The position numbers were made by a program, and so were the translations under genes. Below are positions 1 to 8,999 of a stretch of 64,000 nt of DNA, piece by piece. This DNA comes from a virus. The notes beneath the pieces were generated by a model, which saw nothing but the letters and a program-made list of their open reading frames with translations, was not told the origin of the DNA and made no database searches. Every line of letters starts with the position of its first letter. The stretch's first letter is position 1. The stretch spans positions 1 through 64,000 of the IMG/VR virus record IMGVR_UViG_3300032431_000006. The stretch is one strand, 5' to 3'.

Positions 1-62
1 CTAGCTACCAGCACACAAAATGGGTAGAGTCGATGGTTGAGACTGTTCGAGATTTGATGTAA
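1..62 (+). CDS. partial CDS, 3' end of a gene continuing left of the window
   Basis: Frame open from window edge to TAA 60-62; followed by a hairpin-motif copy and a terminator, as at other plus-strand cassette ends. Confidence 0.3.
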   Translation, partial: SYQHTKWVESMVETVRDLM

Positions 63-83
63 TTCCCAATACTGGGATTAACC
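61..83. repeat. hairpin motif copy 1
   Basis: aattcccaatactgggattaacc; overlaps TAA 60-62. Confidence 0.85.
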
Positions 84-93
84 GTGAATAAAA

Positions 94-128
94 AACCCGC
101 AAATTCTTTTAAAAGTTTGCGGGTTTTA
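94..128 (+). terminator. rho-independent terminator
   Basis: AACCCGCAAA..TTTGCGGGTT plus a T-run; same terminator family as 59425-59460. Confidence 0.75.
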
Positions 129-209
129 AGTGTTTTGAAGAAGAAATCAACAAAGGTAAGTTATGTCTATTGTAGCACAATTATTGGGAATCCAATAATT
201 GCTTTAAAA

Positions 210-1817
210 TCAACCGTAGGACGTGCGACCGTACTTGCTTAGTGTTTCCTTGATAAAGACTTCAAAGTCGCGCTGACGCTCTCTGAGGGTGTCTATGATG
301 TCATCTTTGGAGGCTGTACCTTCAACATTCACGGTCGGGGAATAGGTGACAGTTTGCTGTTGGCTACCGCCACTGCCAGAGGAACCAAATAAATTAGAAG
401 AGCTAGCAGTAGGCATAGATGGCAGTACGCCGATCGCACTCATAAAGCCCTCTCTCAAAGGTCGGATTGTTGCTACCGCGATCGCGCCCGCCGCAGCTAC
501 GGCTAAAAGCGCTGTTGTAGCGCCGCCACCAAACACAGAGAAAGCTAACCCCGCAGCGGTCACAATGCCAGTTATAGCTGAAAAGAATAGGACTGTAGGG
601 GCGATCGCAGCAAGCGCCGCCCCAACGTATACGATCCCTTTAACAACTTTGGGGTTTTCTTTAGCCCAATCCGCTGTTTTCTGAACTAGCGGGATCATCT
701 TGTCTAACAAAGCGTTAATAGGCGGTAGCAAGGCATCACCAACAACGATCGCTAGCTTATTCATACTAACGCCCATCCGTGCGACTTCCGAGGCTGTAGT
801 ATTTGTTTGGATGTCAAATTCTCTCTGTAATGATGTTGCTGTTGCCTGTTCATCATTGGCAAGATTTAAAGCGCGTTGTAGCAAGTCTACATTAGTAGAC
901 ATCATCCCTAAATCGTCTGAGTATTCCCGACCACCTATTAAGGCAATAGCGCGCGATCGGGTAGCAGCGTCTAGTGAGTTAATCTTAGTTAGAAAATCAG
1001 TAATAGCCGCAGACCCGCGCGACCTGACATCTTCCTCCATCTCTCTAGCCGAATAACCTACCATTGCGATCCCGCGTTTAAATCGCGCCGATCCAACAGT
1101 TGCAGCGCTCATCGATCCAACTAGAAAATTAATCGCCGTGCCTGCTTTAGCTGGTACAATTCCCAGTGAAAGAATAGCGCCGGACAAAGCCGCGGTTTCT
1201 CGATAGGTTAACCCGGCTTGTGCAGCCAGACCGGAAACACGCGGCAACACTTTAGTTATCTCTTTTGCGCTTGCTGCCATATTATTAGAAAGTTCGTTTA
1301 TCGTTCCTCCCAAATCGTTCATTTCATCGACCGAAAGTTTGAAAATATTTCTGATTTTCGCCGCACTTTCCCCGGCTTCATCGGCTGGTAAATCAAAAGC
1401 AAACGCCATCTTTCCGACTGTTTCTGTAAATTTCAGAACCTCATCAGAAGCGATTCCGTATTGTGCCGCAGCAGCAGCAAGGGCGGCAATTTTATTCGGA
1501 TCAACTACTTTTAAAGTATTAGACAAGTCTAATATTTCCCCTTTCATTACTGCCAGTTTGTCGGGAGTCAAATCAAGGATTTTATTAATACTTGTGATAC
1601 TTGTCTCGAATTTTGTTGAGGCATCAAACGCCACAGCACCGAGCGCAACTAACGGCGCTGTAATGTACGTCTGTGCGCCTCCGACAACCTCATTCATTGC
1701 CCTTTGAGCTTCACTAATCCGCTTTAATTCATCCGCACCAGAACTAGCTAATTTTTGCAAACCGGGTGTTACGTTATCGGTTAGATCCGCTTGGACACCC
1801 AACTTTATTACGCCCAT
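210..1817 (-). CDS. tail tape measure protein
   Basis: 535 aa Ala/Gly-rich helical protein; block VLPRVSGLAAQAGLTYRETAALSGAILSLGIVPAKAGTAINFLV resembles the TP901-type tape-measure core; hydrophobic C-terminal segment; lies downstream of sheath- and tube-sized genes. Confidence 0.8.
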   Translation of the reverse strand: MGVIKLGVQADLTDNVTPGLQKLASSGADELKRISEAQRAMNEVVGGAQTYITAPLVALGAVAFDASTKFETSITSINKILDLTPDKLAVMKGEILDLSNTLKVVDPNKIAALAAAAAQYGIASDEVLKFTETVGKMAFAFDLPADEAGESAAKIRNIFKLSVDEMNDLGGTINELSNNMAASAKEITKVLPRVSGLAAQAGLTYRETAALSGAILSLGIVPAKAGTAINFLVGSMSAATVGSARFKRGIAMVGYSAREMEEDVRSRGSAAITDFLTKINSLDAATRSRAIALIGGREYSDDLGMMSTNVDLLQRALNLANDEQATATSLQREFDIQTNTTASEVARMGVSMNKLAIVVGDALLPPINALLDKMIPLVQKTADWAKENPKVVKGIVYVGAALAAIAPTVLFFSAITGIVTAAGLAFSVFGGGATTALLAVAAAGAIAVATIRPLREGFMSAIGVLPSMPTASSSNLFGSSGSGGSQQQTVTYSPTVNVEGTASKDDIIDTLRERQRDFEVFIKETLSKYGRTSYG

Positions 1818-1819
1818 TC

Positions 1820-1841
1820 ATTAATCCCAATGTTGGGAATT
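1820..1841. repeat. hairpin motif copy 2
   Basis: attaatcccaatgttgggaatt; 3 nt upstream of the tape-measure ATG. Confidence 0.85.
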
Positions 1842-1943
1842 ATTTCTGCCGTCGCCTCACCTCGGTTGCTTCTTCTTCCATCAGTGCGATCGCCTCAAGG
1901 ATAAATATCTCTTGAGTCTTTTGAGGTAACGGGGCTATTTGCG

Positions 1944-2570
1944 CTAAGAAATCGTATCCGCACCATTTGGAGAGGATAATAATGGTTCTGGGATCGATAA
2001 CTCGAACTTTCCCTGATTAATGCTTACCTTAAGCAAAATTGCAGCCAATAGCCAGCCTATCCCACCCTCGGTAACTGGTAGCTCAAAATGTTGGTTTAAG
2101 ACAGGCTGTCCGTTAATCTTGCAATAACTGGTAATATCGTTGATGTGAGCTAGCAAGCGCCCGGACTCTTCTACATTTTTTGCCCATAAAGTATTCTGGA
2201 AAATATCATTATCACTGTTTGCAAAAGTGATTTCTATTTCATCAAAAGTGAAGTGCTGAGAATTTACAATGTCTAATGAGTCGTCTAGTATCTTAAAGCG
2301 ATCGCCCTCGCAGAGCAAAACACAACCCATTAACCCGGTCATTTCTACCCCGTCACCTAATGATTTTCTACCAATACCCGCGCGCTGTAAATTGTCCGCC
2401 GTTGTAGGCAAACTTTTCCCGTCTATTTCAACAGTTGAAACAGCGCCTAAAAATGCAAGTTTTGACAATACATCTCGCGGCGCTAATTCGTAATCAAAAT
2501 AATGTTGCCCTGGTTTATCGTAGTCAAGAATTAAAGCACCCTTTGGGAGTTTTAGGCTAGCTAGTGACAT
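1944..2570 (-). CDS. hypothetical protein (possible tail assembly chaperone by position)
   Basis: 208 aa ORF directly upstream of the tape measure gene; no motif recognised. Confidence 0.55.
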   Translation of the reverse strand: MSLASLKLPKGALILDYDKPGQHYFDYELAPRDVLSKLAFLGAVSTVEIDGKSLPTTADNLQRAGIGRKSLGDGVEMTGLMGCVLLCEGDRFKILDDSLDIVNSQHFTFDEIEITFANSDNDIFQNTLWAKNVEESGRLLAHINDITSYCKINGQPVLNQHFELPVTEGGIGWLLAAILLKVSINQGKFELSIPEPLLSSPNGADTIS

Positions 2571-2605
2571 TGTTCGATCGCGCTAAGGTTCCCTGTCATT
2601 TTAGC

Positions 2606-2941
2606 CTAATATTGATTATATATTAAGTCCATATCTAGATCGTCGTCTTCTTTTTTCTTAGCTTTAGAATTGGTAGTTTTCCCTACTCGGTTTTTTTTGT
2701 CGATCACCCGCTGTTTCAAGGCTTCTTTTGTTTTCTTTTGGAGCGCTAGACTCGCTGCCAAATCTTCAGCCGTGCAGGCTTTGTGGCGTACAGTTAACGG
2801 TGCATTGAGGAAACATTCATCGCACCAATTCCAGTATGCCGTCCGGCTGTCGTTGTTTGAAAACATAAACCCGCAAATGCTACAATTTCTGGTAATGCAG
2901 GGTAACGGTGGATACACGATTTCCGATCCTTCAAAACTCAT
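2606..2941 (-). CDS. cysteine-rich zinc-ribbon-like protein
   Basis: 111 aa with Cys clusters (CITRNCSICG, WCDEC), then a Lys-rich and acidic tail. Confidence 0.55.
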   Translation of the reverse strand: MSFEGSEIVYPPLPCITRNCSICGFMFSNNDSRTAYWNWCDECFLNAPLTVRHKACTAEDLAASLALQKKTKEALKQRVIDKKNRVGKTTNSKAKKKEDDDLDMDLIYNQY

Positions 2942-3006
2942 TTATTTTTTCTCCGATTGTGCTATTACTATGTTATACTACAATAGTAAGAAGCAACTGG
3001 AGAATT

Positions 3007-3369
3007 ATGATTAGTTTAACTAATTTCGCAAGCCCTGAGCTAACTAAAGCTATTAACGAATTTGAGGAATGCAACGGCTCGATCGCCCGTATTTCTCGGT
3101 TTATTAATCTGTTTGGGCTTTGGGTAGAGGATTGTCTGATTAATCCTGACTATTTTATCGCGGCTGCTGTCGCCAATCCAAACAAACCATTTACTCCGAC
3201 AGATAGGGCTGAGGTTGTATACACTTTATTCTCGCAGGGTAATGTCACATCAAAATTACAAAGTGAGATCGATAAGTTTGAAGCTCGGTATCACACCATA
3301 GAAGACGGGGATGAGCTTGATAATTTGCTGAGTGCTTTGATACTTGAGATCGTCCGCAACGAAAACTAA
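3007..3369 (+). CDS. hypothetical protein (opposite-strand insert in the tail module)
   Basis: 120 aa from ATG 3007, preceded by GGAG; own terminator 3380-3410; the longer track ORF from 2908 overlaps the minus-strand gene. Confidence 0.6.
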   Translation: MISLTNFASPELTKAINEFEECNGSIARISRFINLFGLWVEDCLINPDYFIAAAVANPNKPFTPTDRAEVVYTLFSQGNVTSKLQSEIDKFEARYHTIEDGDELDNLLSALILEIVRNEN

Positions 3370-3379
3370 AATGCAATTT

Positions 3380-3410
3380 AAAACCCGATCGCGCGATCGG
3401 GTTTTGTTTC
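3380..3410 (+). terminator. rho-independent terminator
   Basis: AAACCCGATCGCGCGATCGGGTTTTGTTT. Confidence 0.8.
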
Positions 3411-3413
3411 ATT

Positions 3414-3430
3414 ATTCCCAGTGTTGGGAC
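3414..3430. repeat. hairpin motif copy 3
   Basis: attcccagtgttgggac; between terminator 3380-3410 and the tube gene stop. Confidence 0.85.
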
Positions 3431-3435
3431 TAGCA

Positions 3436-3927
3436 TTAACCGTACACTAATTCAACTCCTATTGTGTCTGACGACCCGGTTGGGAGTCTCCAAACCACAA
3501 CACCATTCTCTGTGCGCCAAGCATCGGTCACTTGTAATTTAATAGTGCCATCATCAGCCTTATCCGGGCTAACAGTACGCCCTGGTCTGCTAACATAACC
3601 TGAGTAGAACTCTCCATCGCTAGTCGCTACGGTAGGTGATGTCATATCTACATTTAATACCATCAGAGTAACAATCAACTTTGTATTAAATGCTTTTTCA
3701 ACAAACTTTAAAAAAGTAGGATTCCTTTTGTGATCCTTTAGTGACATGGTTAATTCTGCCGCTTGAATAGATCGAGGTTCTGGTTTTGTAAAGTCAGTCC
3801 CGACCACCATATCTGTGTCGTAATTTCTAGTAAATTCTGGTATTTCAATTGTCTTCACTTCACCGTTAACCAGAATCACTCCATTGTCATCAACAAACGC
3901 AACTTTGAGCATAAATTTAATCCACAA
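3436..3927 (-). CDS. putative tail tube protein
   Basis: 163 aa; start overlaps the sheath gene stop by 11 nt; size and position after the sheath-sized gene fit a tube protein; no motif recognised. Confidence 0.5.
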   Translation of the reverse strand: MWIKFMLKVAFVDDNGVILVNGEVKTIEIPEFTRNYDTDMVVGTDFTKPEPRSIQAAELTMSLKDHKRNPTFLKFVEKAFNTKLIVTLMVLNVDMTSPTVATSDGEFYSGYVSRPGRTVSPDKADDGTIKLQVTDAWRTENGVVVWRLPTGSSDTIGVELVYG

Positions 3928-5134
3928 ATATCGTTATTTCTGCAATGCGATCGCCCTGGTTATCACCTTCTAGCATAACATCATAAACAAGACTTCGCGC
4001 TGCTGTATCCGATTTTTCGACATTGAAATTAACGACGCTATAAGGTAATAGAGAGGCATCCGGTTCACGGTTTAAAGCGATCCGGATCGCTTGAGCAATG
4101 CCCTCTATATGCACTAAATCGAATGGTTTCTGTTGCCAGTTATAGGCAACTCTGTTAGCTAAAAATTGAGCTTTTGCTTTCAGTCTGGCAATATTAAACG
4201 GCAAGCCATTTGTCATAATAGAGGTCATGATCCGATCGCTTCCCCACGTTACGCCTTTAGCCTGTAATAGTGCCGAATCTGCAAGAGTTAGGGCAACAGC
4301 GGACTCTTTTAGTGTCTCGCCGTCTGGACTCTCCCAGTAATCTAATAATGCCACGGCTGCGACAAAATGAACGCCCGCACTCTCACCACCGCGATCGCTA
4401 GTGCGGATAGGGAATACCGCAGCGGCGTTAGCAGAATTGAGTAATGGGATCGCGGCAGTAGCACTTACGCCCGGCTGAGTGTACACCGCGATCGCGCTTA
4501 ATGCGATCGCCTTCTGATTCAAAGCAGAGGCAATAGGAACCGTAATTTCAACGCCCGCGGTAACAATCATGGTCGGGATCTGTCCGTCAACGGCTGCTAC
4601 CAAACCGATCGCAGCAACTAGATCGATTGTGTCATAGTTTGCGACTGAGTAGGTAACACGAACAGTTCCAAGCGCCGGAATTGTACTCGCAGCCGTGCGG
4701 GTTATTAGCCCTGTAAGCGGGGCGATCGTGTAATGTGTAGGGGATACATAGGTTATATCCTCTCCCACGTTAGTTACGATTATAGGCGCGACTATATTAG
4801 GGTGATCTAGCTTGATTGTTTGAAGAGCATTGAATGTGTAGCTTTTAGCTGCTACCGCTGCTACCGCGACCGACGGCGTGGCATTAATTGCGATAATAGG
4901 TACTTGGACATACTTTAAAATCGTCTCGATCGCGTCAACTAACCCGTAATCCTTAAGACCTTTACCTGACGCGGTAGATAATGACAAGCGCTCCCCGTAC
5001 TTCGCGATCGCCTCAGTTAGAGATTTAATCAAAGTCGGGTTGCCGTCACCCTTTGCAGCGTTTCCCACGACTGCAATAATATCCCACGGGGATCTTGGTC
5101 TTCTAATGCCTTGCTCTATTAAAATGCTAGTCAT
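3917..5134 (-). CDS. putative contractile tail sheath protein
   Basis: 405 aa; ATGA-coupled to the upstream gene; followed by a tube-sized gene and the tape measure. Confidence 0.55.
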   Translation of the reverse strand: MTSILIEQGIRRPRSPWDIIAVVGNAAKGDGNPTLIKSLTEAIAKYGERLSLSTASGKGLKDYGLVDAIETILKYVQVPIIAINATPSVAVAAVAAKSYTFNALQTIKLDHPNIVAPIIVTNVGEDITYVSPTHYTIAPLTGLITRTAASTIPALGTVRVTYSVANYDTIDLVAAIGLVAAVDGQIPTMIVTAGVEITVPIASALNQKAIALSAIAVYTQPGVSATAAIPLLNSANAAAVFPIRTSDRGGESAGVHFVAAVALLDYWESPDGETLKESAVALTLADSALLQAKGVTWGSDRIMTSIMTNGLPFNIARLKAKAQFLANRVAYNWQQKPFDLVHIEGIAQAIRIALNREPDASLLPYSVVNFNVEKSDTAARSLVYDVMLEGDNQGDRIAEITIFVD

Positions 5135-5607
5135 AGTATGTCGATCCTCATTGTTGATATTCCTGGACTGGTTCCTGCTATTTCATTAATTCGCTGTCTT
5201 CCCACTATATCAAAACTTTGTTCTAGCACCCATCTTTTTTGTTGGAAATATTCGCGGCGGGTATCAAAAGTTAAATCAAATAAAGCGCTTGTAACTTTTA
5301 GATTTTCAAGTGCTGATTCTACTCTTTCTGCTACTTTCCCCGCACCCATTGATTGATAGTATTCCGGCAAGCTTATTACTATTAATACTTTCTGAATTCG
5401 AGTTTGAAAGTTAGCCGAAAAAGTGCGATCGTTCTCGATCGTTCTCTCGCTAGGGAATAGGATCAAAATGTCACCAGCGTTATCTGCAATCGCTAGCTCT
5501 TGCACTTTGTTAGGGTGTATCCTAAGCAATACGTTAGGCGCAAGTGTCGCGCGCACGGGTGCTAAAGCTGCTGATATTTCCGTCCTGATTTGCTCAGAAT
5601 CAAACAT
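5131..5607 (-). CDS. hypothetical protein (neck or tail completion by position)
   Basis: 158 aa ORF translationally coupled to the sheath gene. Confidence 0.5.
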   Translation of the reverse strand: MFDSEQIRTEISAALAPVRATLAPNVLLRIHPNKVQELAIADNAGDILILFPSERTIENDRTFSANFQTRIQKVLIVISLPEYYQSMGAGKVAERVESALENLKVTSALFDLTFDTRREYFQQKRWVLEQSFDIVGRQRINEIAGTSPGISTMRIDIL

Positions 5608-5706
5608 AATGGGAGAAAGAGGCGGACAAGACCGCCTTAGAGCTTAACTACAACAACAAATCAATGTTTGCCTTCAAAGTGTAGCACGTTTTGCAGATTA
5701 ATTATT

Positions 5707-5725
5707 TATTCCCAACACTGAGAAT
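5707..5725. repeat. hairpin motif copy 4 (degenerate)
   Basis: tattcccaacactgagaat. Confidence 0.6.
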
Positions 5726-5734
5726 TTTAAAAAA

Positions 5735-5983
5735 ATGACAGATTCCGCGATCGGGCTAATCGCCGTAAGGCATGGAGAAATTAGAGAATTTGAAAGCTTC
5801 TTAAGAGGCGCTGGCTTTACGCCGGAAAGCATAGAATGCGATCGGACAATTATTTATAATTGCTATGATTCTAGGCGGATTTACGGGCGCGGGATGCTTC
5901 AAACCGGACTTACGATTATTCTGGTAGATAGCCGATTTATAAATAAAGAGAGAGTTGTAAAATATTGGCACATTAAGATATGA
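5735..5983 (+). CDS. hypothetical protein
   Basis: 82 aa; degenerate hairpin motif upstream; terminator 6038-6070 downstream. Confidence 0.5.
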   Translation: MTDSAIGLIAVRHGEIREFESFLRGAGFTPESIECDRTIIYNCYDSRRIYGRGMLQTGLTIILVDSRFINKERVVKYWHIKI

Positions 5984-6037
5984 TATCTGTGTAAACCTCT
6001 CGGAGACGCAAAACTCAAGGGTTTAAGAACTGAAGGA

Positions 6038-6070
6038 AAAAACCGCTGCTGATCCGGCGGTTTTTTATTT
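6038..6070 (+). terminator. rho-independent terminator
   Basis: AACCGCTGctgatCCGGCGGTTTTTTATTT. Confidence 0.75.
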
Positions 6071-6084
6071 TGCCCGATCGCCCC

Positions 6085-6208
6085 GTCACAGAATAGGGGG
6101 ATAAAGTCATAGGATATTCGATATATTTTATAATATATAGCGTTCTGTGACAGACTTAAACCTATACACAGTAACGATTTTACCCCAATATCAAAACGGG
6201 TCGGTGGC
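6085..6208 (+). repeat. composite element E1
   Basis: GTCACAGAA..GTCATAGGA..TATATTTTATAATATATA..TTCTGTGAC, then the conserved tail AGACTTAAACCTATACACAGTAACGATTTTACCCCAATATCAAAACGGGTCGG. Confidence 0.9.
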
Positions 6209-6254
6209 TGAGGTTTGAAGCGCGCGATCGGGCGATCGGGCGATCGGGAAAAAA

Positions 6255-6305
6255 ACTATTTTTGAATTATCCTGATAATCGGCAAAATGTATGCTATGGT
6301 ATAAT
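6255..6305 (+). promoter_or_regulatory. promoter (TGgTATAAT)
   Basis: Extended -10 at 6297-6305; upstream box AAACTATTTTTGAATTATCCTGATAATC is shared with 13250-13280. Confidence 0.65.
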
Positions 6306-6355
6306 AGTTAAGCAGACAAGCTTAGCAGGAATCAAATTATTTAGAGGTTGACTCA

Positions 6356-6679
6356 ATGGTTACAGTTAGAGACTACAAAGACTATACAGCAGGCGAACTG
6401 GCAAATGAACTAGAAAGATTGCAAATAATGGCCGCTAAAAAAATCCCACGTTTTGAAAGACAACTGACGGCAACTGCAACTGCGAGCGAAGCCGATCGGA
6501 TAATCGCAGAGATAAAAGCTATCGGGAATTTTGACGCGGCGCAAGTTGCAGACATTAACACAGCTATCCGCTTTTCGCCGTTCGGCGGCTCTAGCACCGC
6601 AACAGCACAATATATTAAGGATAAAGTGTCAGAAGGGAGTGACCTATCTACAATCTTAGATGACCTTATGAAGAGTTAG
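6356..6679 (+). CDS. hypothetical protein
   Basis: 107 aa; TGgTATAAT promoter 6297-6305; GAGG before the ATG; terminator 6703-6728. Confidence 0.65.
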   Translation: MVTVRDYKDYTAGELANELERLQIMAAKKIPRFERQLTATATASEADRIIAEIKAIGNFDAAQVADINTAIRFSPFGGSSTATAQYIKDKVSEGSDLSTILDDLMKS

Positions 6680-6702
6680 TGCGACTCAGCCTAAAAGAGA
6701 TG

Positions 6703-6728
6703 AACCCGCCCCGCGCGGGTTTTTGTTT
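6703..6728 (+). terminator. rho-independent terminator (shared family)
   Basis: AACCCGCCCCGCGCGGGTTTTTGTTT. Confidence 0.85.
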
Positions 6729-6730
6729 GG

Positions 6731-6755
6731 GTTCCCAACACTGGGATTAATCTTT
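6731..6755. repeat. hairpin motif copy 5
   Basis: gttcccaacactgggattaatcttt. Confidence 0.9.
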
Positions 6756-6770
6756 GCGCGCGATCGCCAT

Positions 6771-7514
6771 TCAACTAGCGGGTTCATCTATGTCGAAAAC
6801 TTTTCCCATTAAAGCCTCTAAAGGACTGCGTACACGCCCCGCTAAAGCGTCATCAGTACCGATTACGGTGTATGTGAGGTTGCGTTCATCAAACGAGTCA
6901 TAAAACGCCGTTTTCCCCGCGCTTTCAAGTATGTCTGATGTGGTAATGCGATCGACACTTTCAATTTGATTAACCTGTTCTAAAATCTGCCTTGATGCGA
7001 TCGGACTGCTAGCGCCTATCACATTGCGATCGAGTAGCTGCGAACTGCCACCTATCACCGATCTATTCTGATGCCATTCTAAGCCTCTGCTGATAATGTC
7101 GCTAGTAGTGCGATTGATAATCTTTTCCGGATCTATTTTCAGTATATAGTTATTAGGATCTGCAATCAGATTTCTACTTTCCCTATCGACAATATCGCCT
7201 GTATTATTTATTAATCTGTCGCTATAATACTGGATTAAATCTTCATTGATTAACGCATCTTTAACCTCAGCTTTCACAAAATCTTTAGCAGCGTCTCTAA
7301 GGGCATTACCAGGACTTTCTTTAAAGGCTGTTTGCCAGTCTTTAGACTCACCCGACGCCATCTTTTTTGCTTCATTAATCGCCTTTTCGGACACTTTTGT
7401 TGCAATATATTTTTTAGCAATACTGCCGCCCGCCCATTTTGCGATTACCTTAGTCGATCCCTTAGTTAAAGCGCCCGCTGCAACCTTGATTAAAATGGGA
7501 ATTATTGCTAACAT
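6771..7514 (-). CDS. hypothetical protein with hydrophobic N-terminus
   Basis: 247 aa ORF in the structural module; N-terminus MLAIIPILIKVAAGAL. Confidence 0.6.
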   Translation of the reverse strand: MLAIIPILIKVAAGALTKGSTKVIAKWAGGSIAKKYIATKVSEKAINEAKKMASGESKDWQTAFKESPGNALRDAAKDFVKAEVKDALINEDLIQYYSDRLINNTGDIVDRESRNLIADPNNYILKIDPEKIINRTTSDIISRGLEWHQNRSVIGGSSQLLDRNVIGASSPIASRQILEQVNQIESVDRITTSDILESAGKTAFYDSFDERNLTYTVIGTDDALAGRVRSPLEALMGKVFDIDEPAS

Positions 7515-7537
7515 TGTGCTATACCTAAATTAGAATT

Positions 7538-7786
7538 ATGTCTCAACAACTAAGCGCCGTAATCAGACTAATTAATCCTCATATCAACTGCTTTTTTAGC
7601 TGCGACTGTGGCTTAAATTGGTGTACAGGCTGCGTTATCGCGACTATTCGGTTGCCTCTAGCCGAACATTCTAATGAGTTTGTGCTGGTTTGCGATATTG
7701 GCAATGAGTTGCACTGGGTAGCTGCAAACCGGGTCAAATATGCCACAATTCCCAACACGGGGATTAGTGAAATTAAAGACTTTTAG
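7538..7786 (+). CDS. doubtful Cys-rich small ORF
   Basis: 82 aa; contains a degenerate hairpin-motif copy near its 3' end; no promoter seen. Confidence 0.3.
   Translation: MSQQLSAVIRLINPHINCFFSCDCGLNWCTGCVIATIRLPLAEHSNEFVLVCDIGNELHWVAANRVKYATIPNTGISEIKDF
7747..7766. repeat. hairpin motif copy 6 (degenerate)
   Basis: aattcccaacacggggatta. Confidence 0.6.
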
Positions 7787-8192
7787 AACTAGAAAACATA
7801 TTTAATTCTAGCCGTTCCCCAAAGTTTTCGGAGTAAGCAGGCATCGAAGTGCGATCGAGACTTAGCAATATAAAATCATAAGTCCGATCGCCCAATAAAC
7901 AACTACCACCAACACCGGGAACTATCCATAAAGGTAATATTTTGGGCTGTTGCGCGTGACCTTTATAAACTCTGTTTTGCTGTCCACTGTTAGGGCTAGC
8001 AAACGATTCTAGGCTAGTGGTGATGTATAAATGAGCTAATACCCCAAATAGCTCAGAACCCGTAGGATTGCCCAAAATATCAATAGTTCCCACCAACGAT
8101 TTCTCAAAAGTTAGCGTAACGAATTGGTAATCAGATTTTAAAAAAGGTACACTGGGTAGAGTGTTTTTTATCAATTGGTTCAATGATATCAT
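7773..8192 (-). CDS. hypothetical protein
   Basis: 139 aa ORF; its start lies in the palindrome ATGATATCAT shared with the divergent ORF. Confidence 0.55.
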   Translation of the reverse strand: MISLNQLIKNTLPSVPFLKSDYQFVTLTFEKSLVGTIDILGNPTGSELFGVLAHLYITTSLESFASPNSGQQNRVYKGHAQQPKILPLWIVPGVGGSCLLGDRTYDFILLSLDRTSMPAYSENFGERLELNMFSSSKSL

Positions 8193-8557
8193 ACTCTCAA
8201 TTTACCCTAAAATATGGTGCTGAGTTTAATGAGCTAATCTACTCCGATTGGCTACCAGTCGCCACGGCTAAAGCGTCAATTTTCCCGTTAGCTTTCCGAG
8301 AGTTAGCGACCGAATATTATCTGGGTTGGCTGCTTTGTACCACATCGGGCGATCGGGAAAATTCAGAGGTCAAAAGTTTTGAAGTCAAACCAGAGGGTTA
8401 CTCAGTAAGTTATGCTAAAAATGATATCCCAAAGTGCGATCGCTGGCTTAAATTTTTAGAACAGTTAGCGATCGCAGCGGGTTTTGAGCTTCCAGAACTT
8501 AAGCGCACTCGAACGTTTGGTGGTAATCGCACCGAGGTATTTGTACACCGATTTTGA
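8183..8557 (+). CDS. hypothetical protein
   Basis: 124 aa; the only long ORF covering this interval. Confidence 0.5.
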   Translation: MISYSQFTLKYGAEFNELIYSDWLPVATAKASIFPLAFRELATEYYLGWLLCTTSGDRENSEVKSFEVKPEGYSVSYAKNDIPKCDRWLKFLEQLAIAAGFELPELKRTRTFGGNRTEVFVHRF

Positions 8558-8559
8558 GC

Positions 8560-8946
8560 TTAAGCTAAGCCCTGTTTTAACTGGTTAATCCGAGTTGCAA
8601 TAATCCCTCGGACTGACTTTCTTTGTTCTACTTTTAGCCAAGCGTCAAGCGTTGTTAAATCCACAGTAGAATTAATGACGGTTGCCGAGTCCTCTATTGC
8701 GTAAGAGCCAAGATCGACAATTTCAGTGTTAGCCATCGGATCGACTGTTTCTGACTGCTGTACAAGCTCGATCGCCTTCAGCTTAGAAAATCTTTGATAA
8801 TCCGGGTGCTCTTGTAATTGTTGGATCTTGGTCGCTCCCAGTGCGTTTGTACCCGCGACTAGCGCGATCGAGTCAAACGATAAAACTGCACCCGGTTTCA
8901 TTCTTGGCTGGCATTTTTCGGGAGAAAAGATAACAACTTGTAACAT
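8560..8946 (-). CDS. hypothetical protein (head-associated by position)
   Basis: 128 aa ORF immediately downstream of the capsid gene. Confidence 0.55.
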   Translation of the reverse strand: MLQVVIFSPEKCQPRMKPGAVLSFDSIALVAGTNALGATKIQQLQEHPDYQRFSKLKAIELVQQSETVDPMANTEIVDLGSYAIEDSATVINSTVDLTTLDAWLKVEQRKSVRGIIATRINQLKQGLA

Positions 8947-8999
8947 GGTTTTTGGGGTTTCTCTTAATAGTTGAATGGGGCTATCAAAGCAGTCAAAAC

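Noticed and set aside
346-1707. Plus-strand ORFs 346..684, 700..1056 and 1339..1707 opposite the tape measure gene
   Set aside because: They are antisense to a well-supported 535-aa gene, have Ala/Ser/Pro-rich low-complexity translations typical of the reverse frame of an Ala/Gly-rich gene, and have no promoters or SD sequences.
1818-1943. Programmed frameshift of a tail assembly chaperone upstream of the tape measure gene
   Set aside because: No slippery heptamer is present near the stop of 1944..2570, and the downstream 125 nt contain only a 13-codon ORF. There is nothing to support the canonical G/GT arrangement here.
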